Shown one piece after another: positions 60,501-64,000 of a stretch of 64,000 bases of DNA. The notes below the pieces were generated by a model. It had not been told where the DNA came from. It saw only the letters and a program-made list of their open reading frames with translations, and did not search any database. Numbering within the stretch: the stretch's first letter is position 1; the number at the start of each line of letters is the position of its first letter. Origin of the DNA: Selaginella moellendorffii (lineage: Eukaryota > Plantae > Lycopodiophyta); the NCBI RefSeq assembly GCF_000143415.4, contig NW_003314306.1, positions 294,029-358,028 on the forward strand, read 5' to 3'. Made by a program: the position numbers and the translations under genes.

Positions 60501-63500
60501 CAGCGGTACTCGCTTACGCTTGAAAATAATGTGCTACTGCATTTGGCTGAATGGCTTCATAATGCTGCTGGGGAAAAAAAGGTATGGGTTCCGCTTTGAC
60601 GCTTTGGCATTTGTACTGAACTTTCCTTCAGGGTCCAGAAGAATTACAACGCTTTACTCGTTCATTGGCGCCAGAGTCAAGTGTAAGCTGATATTTTTAA
60701 GATCCACATTCGAGTTTAACGAAATTTCAGTGTGTAACTTGTTTGGATGTTGCTGCAACGCGCACATCATCTATTGAGACCTCCATGCTGCTTTTGGAAG
60801 AAGTAAGGGTTGAAACACAATTTCTCTGTGATTCACATCTCTTTCCATTTCCAGTCACGATCGTTGGTATCTGAGGCCACACATGAGCAGCATTTCGTAC
60901 CACTTTTCAAGCGTGTTCTTCAAAGGTTTTACGAGTTGCTGGAACAGGTCGGGCTCTATTTCTTTCGCGTGTTTCGTGTGTAACACTTTGCGTTTTTCAG
61001 GGTCATAATCAACCCCTTCCTGTTCTTCTCTCTGGCACTAGTGCTTTTTCTGGCTCCGAAAGCCTGCGCCAGGGATCAAAGCAGCGGGCCTTGACCATGT
61101 TACATCAGATAATCGACGATGCACATAATGGGAAAGGCCAGTTTTTAAGTGGTAAGTTCGTTTAATACCTGTTCGAGCTTGTTTAATTTTCTTGTGTAGG
61201 CAAGCTTCACAACCTTGTAAAGGCCTTAGCGGATGAGGAGCACGAGGATCCTGCCTCGAGGCTGTTATTTTATCGAAAGCAGCAGGAGAATGGTTTCGCA
61301 CTTGGTCTGGGATTTCGTCCTTTATTATTGAGGACACATGAAACAGCCGGAAGCACTGACGAGGCCTTACATCAAAGGCCGATAGGAAGGAGATATTTGG
61401 GACCGTTGCTGAACAAGCCTATGGCTTACTTGTCCGCGTTCATCCTCTATGTGGCAACCATTGGAGATATTGTCGACGGTGTGGATACAACTCACGACTT
61501 CAACTTTTTCTCGCTTTTGTACGAGAGTCCGGGTGATGTAAGAATGTTTCAGAGGATTTCCATTTTATATTTTCCCATGGAATTTATCTATTTTGCAGTT
61601 GCTAACTCGACTAGCATTTGAGAGGCGCAGCACGGATGGAGCTGCTAAAGTTGCTGAAGTGATGGGAATAGATTTGGTGCATCAAGTAATTTCTGCTTGT
61701 GTGTCGCCAGTTCTTCCTCCCAGCGCATCAACAATTTCTCAGCACCCATCCCATGAGCTGGACTTGGACACCATTAAGTTCTTGAGTACACTCTCCCCCG
61801 TGCGAACTATCCTGGCATGTGTATTTGGTAACAAGGACTCGAAAATTGGAAATGATTTTGCTGTCGAGCAAGCAGAAAGGTATCCTGTATTTTGCTAGTC
61901 GATGTTTCTCATCCGTTCCTTTGCTCACAGGTTTCCTTCATTGCAAAGATGGATTCAAATGCAAGCGAATTTGCAAACACTTCGTGACTCATCTATTCTG
62001 TCACCTAAGGAGGCTCTTGTACAGAAGGAAACAAGTCCGAGACGCTGTAAACTCAAGCGCGCTAGAGATTCTGAACTATTAGCCGATGAAGACGATCATG
62101 ACGAAAGAAAGCAGGCCGAAACTGACACACAAGCGGAAATTCCAGCTGAAGGTGCTGTCATCAAAGAACAATCTATTCCTGCTAATCACGTTTGGGAAGA
62201 TGAATATCCATATCACGAGGCTGTGGAGAGGTAAGCGTTTATTTATACTTTTCTTTGACATGTCTTTTCTCCTTTGTGTTTCTTCCAAAGCTTAATCAAG
62301 AATGGGAAGCTTGTAGACGCGTTAACTTTTGCCGATCGATGGCTAAAAGCTGGAGCTCCGGACAAACTCTTGCAACTTCTTATCGAAAGAGGTGAAGATA
62401 GCGCTCCGAGCTCTAGTCATTTGAGCCTCCACCATAACTTGTGGAACAGTAGCTGGCAATACTGTATACGTCTGAAGGACAAACGCCTAGCAGCGACGCT
62501 TGCTCTCAAGTAAGGCATGTAATTTGTGTTGTATATCTGAAACACCGGCTTGGCGTTTAGGTACTTGCATCGTTGGGAGCTGGATGCGGCTATCGACGTG
62601 TTGACCATGTGTAGCTGCCATTTGCCCACTGATGATGTTCTTTATGAAGAGGTATTAGCAGTTTCGGGTTATTCTATCAACGTTGTGTCTAAATGCTAGT
62701 CTTGCAAAGGTCATTCGGGTTAAAAAGCATCTGCAACAGTACCGCCAAATATTGCGAGAAGACGTCAAGTTTGAGAACTGGCAAGAGGTTTGCGACATTA
62801 TACTTCGCGTCTTGTTATGACTGTCTTGCCTTCAGGTTGAGTCCTTATGTGATAGAGATCCCGAGGGCCTAGCTTTGAGGCTTGCTGGCAAAGGAGCTGT
62901 TACTGCAGCGCTAGATATTGCTGAGTCCTTCAAACTTTCAGATGACTTACGGAGGGAGCTCCAAGGTCGGCAGCTAGTGAAGCTACTTACAGCAGATCCC
63001 ATAAGTGGTGGAGGTCCAGCTGAGGCTATCAGGTTTCTCGGTTCACTGAACAACCCCGAGGACGCATTGCCGGTTGCAATGGCTGCGATGGAGCAGCTAC
63101 CAAATTTGCATTCTAAACAGCTTCTGGTAACATTTTGTTGACTTGAACCTTCTTACACTATTAAAATTAAACTACCGCATGCAGGTACACTTTCTTTTGA
63201 AACGGCAGATTGGCGTTCTCTCGGAAGAAGAGCACGACAGGATGGATCGACTGGCATTGGGCCTCAAAATGCTTGGTGCACTTCCCTTACCTTGGCAACA
63301 ACGATGCGTAGGCTTACACGAACATCCGCAGCTTATACTAGAGACACTCCTTATGTGGAAGCAATTCCAGGCAGCGTCACAGGTATCCAATAATTTTTTG
63401 GCTGTATTTTGGTTATAACTATATCGAGTTTTTGCAGCTTTTGAATGCTTTTCCATCGTTGCGCAATGACAAACTCATAATCACATACGCTTCAAAAGCT

Positions 63501-64000
63501 GTATATGTTGCACCTGCATCTCCCGAACGGCAAACACATTATCTTCCAATCAAGCCGGCCTCTGGGAACAAAAATGGCAATAACCGAAGATTCACCTGGA
63601 CACCGAGAGACGCGAGGAATAAAATCGATGGTACCCGAAAGAGAAAAAGTACCCTTCCACCATCACAGAAGGCCGCTTGGGAAGCTATGGCTGGGTATCA
63701 GGAGGATAGACCAATTGGACTCGGACCGGAAGGTTATGAGAAGCTTGCACCTCTAACTATGACAGATGGAGTTCTCTCTGGTGATCCTGTCAAAGACGAA
63801 GCCGTTCGTAGCTTTCATAAGTACGACAGTGCACCTAGTTTTGTCTTGTTCAAGGTAGCTATCGCTGGTTGTTTTGTTTTGTTTTTATTCTCACTAGCGT
63901 ACTGTGCAGGCACTTCTGTCTCTTTGTTTTGATCAAGCAAGTGCTGCCAAGTCTGCGGTTGAACTGGCCGTTTCTCAAGTCCAGAGTATTCTCAGTGCAG
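57588..64000 (+). CDS. ZFYVE26: Spastizin/ZFYVE26 (SPG15)-like protein, multi-exon, runs off the window
   Basis: EEQILARVAANHLFLGQFE N-terminus; YLSAFILYVATIGDIVDGVDTTHDFNFFSL; DALTFADRWL...PDKLLQLLIERGE...WQYCIRLKDKRLAATLALK; ELQGRQLVKLLTADP. Many GT-AG introns of about 50 nt. Confidence 0.88.

Overview
Plant genomic DNA, probably the lycophyte Selaginella (inferred from 45-60 nt introns, compact host genes and the retroelement types). About 0.6-48.3 kb is a nest of transposons and about 49.9-64 kb is genic. The nest contains: (1) a Ty3/gypsy element with 188-bp LTRs that lacks RT (665-8524); (2) a decayed MULE-type transposase locus with a divergently oriented remnant of a prokaryote-type beta-class DNA amino-methyltransferase (about 9.6-38.4 kb); (3) inserted in an intron of that MULE, a 20.65-kb TIR DNA transposon (16258-36910; about 13.1 kb without its nested retroelement) with a Sola1/DUF7869-like DDE transposase, a divergent spliced cargo gene (ParB/Srx domain, methyltransferase fold, acidic linker, FCP1/HAD-like domain) and more than 20 copies of a 22-bp palindrome; (4) a young chromovirus nested in that cargo gene (21628-29168) whose integrase is split by two GT-AG introns; (5) an old non-coding LTR element (40522-48332). 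Host genes are a violaxanthin de-epoxidase 5' pseudogene fragment, an RRP1/Nop52-like gene, a GT37 xyloglucan fucosyltransferase and the 5' part of a spastizin/ZFYVE26 orthologue. The best candidate for a new system is the giant transposon combining a ParB-MTase protein with parS-like palindromes. All assignments come from reading motifs by eye; no searches were run.
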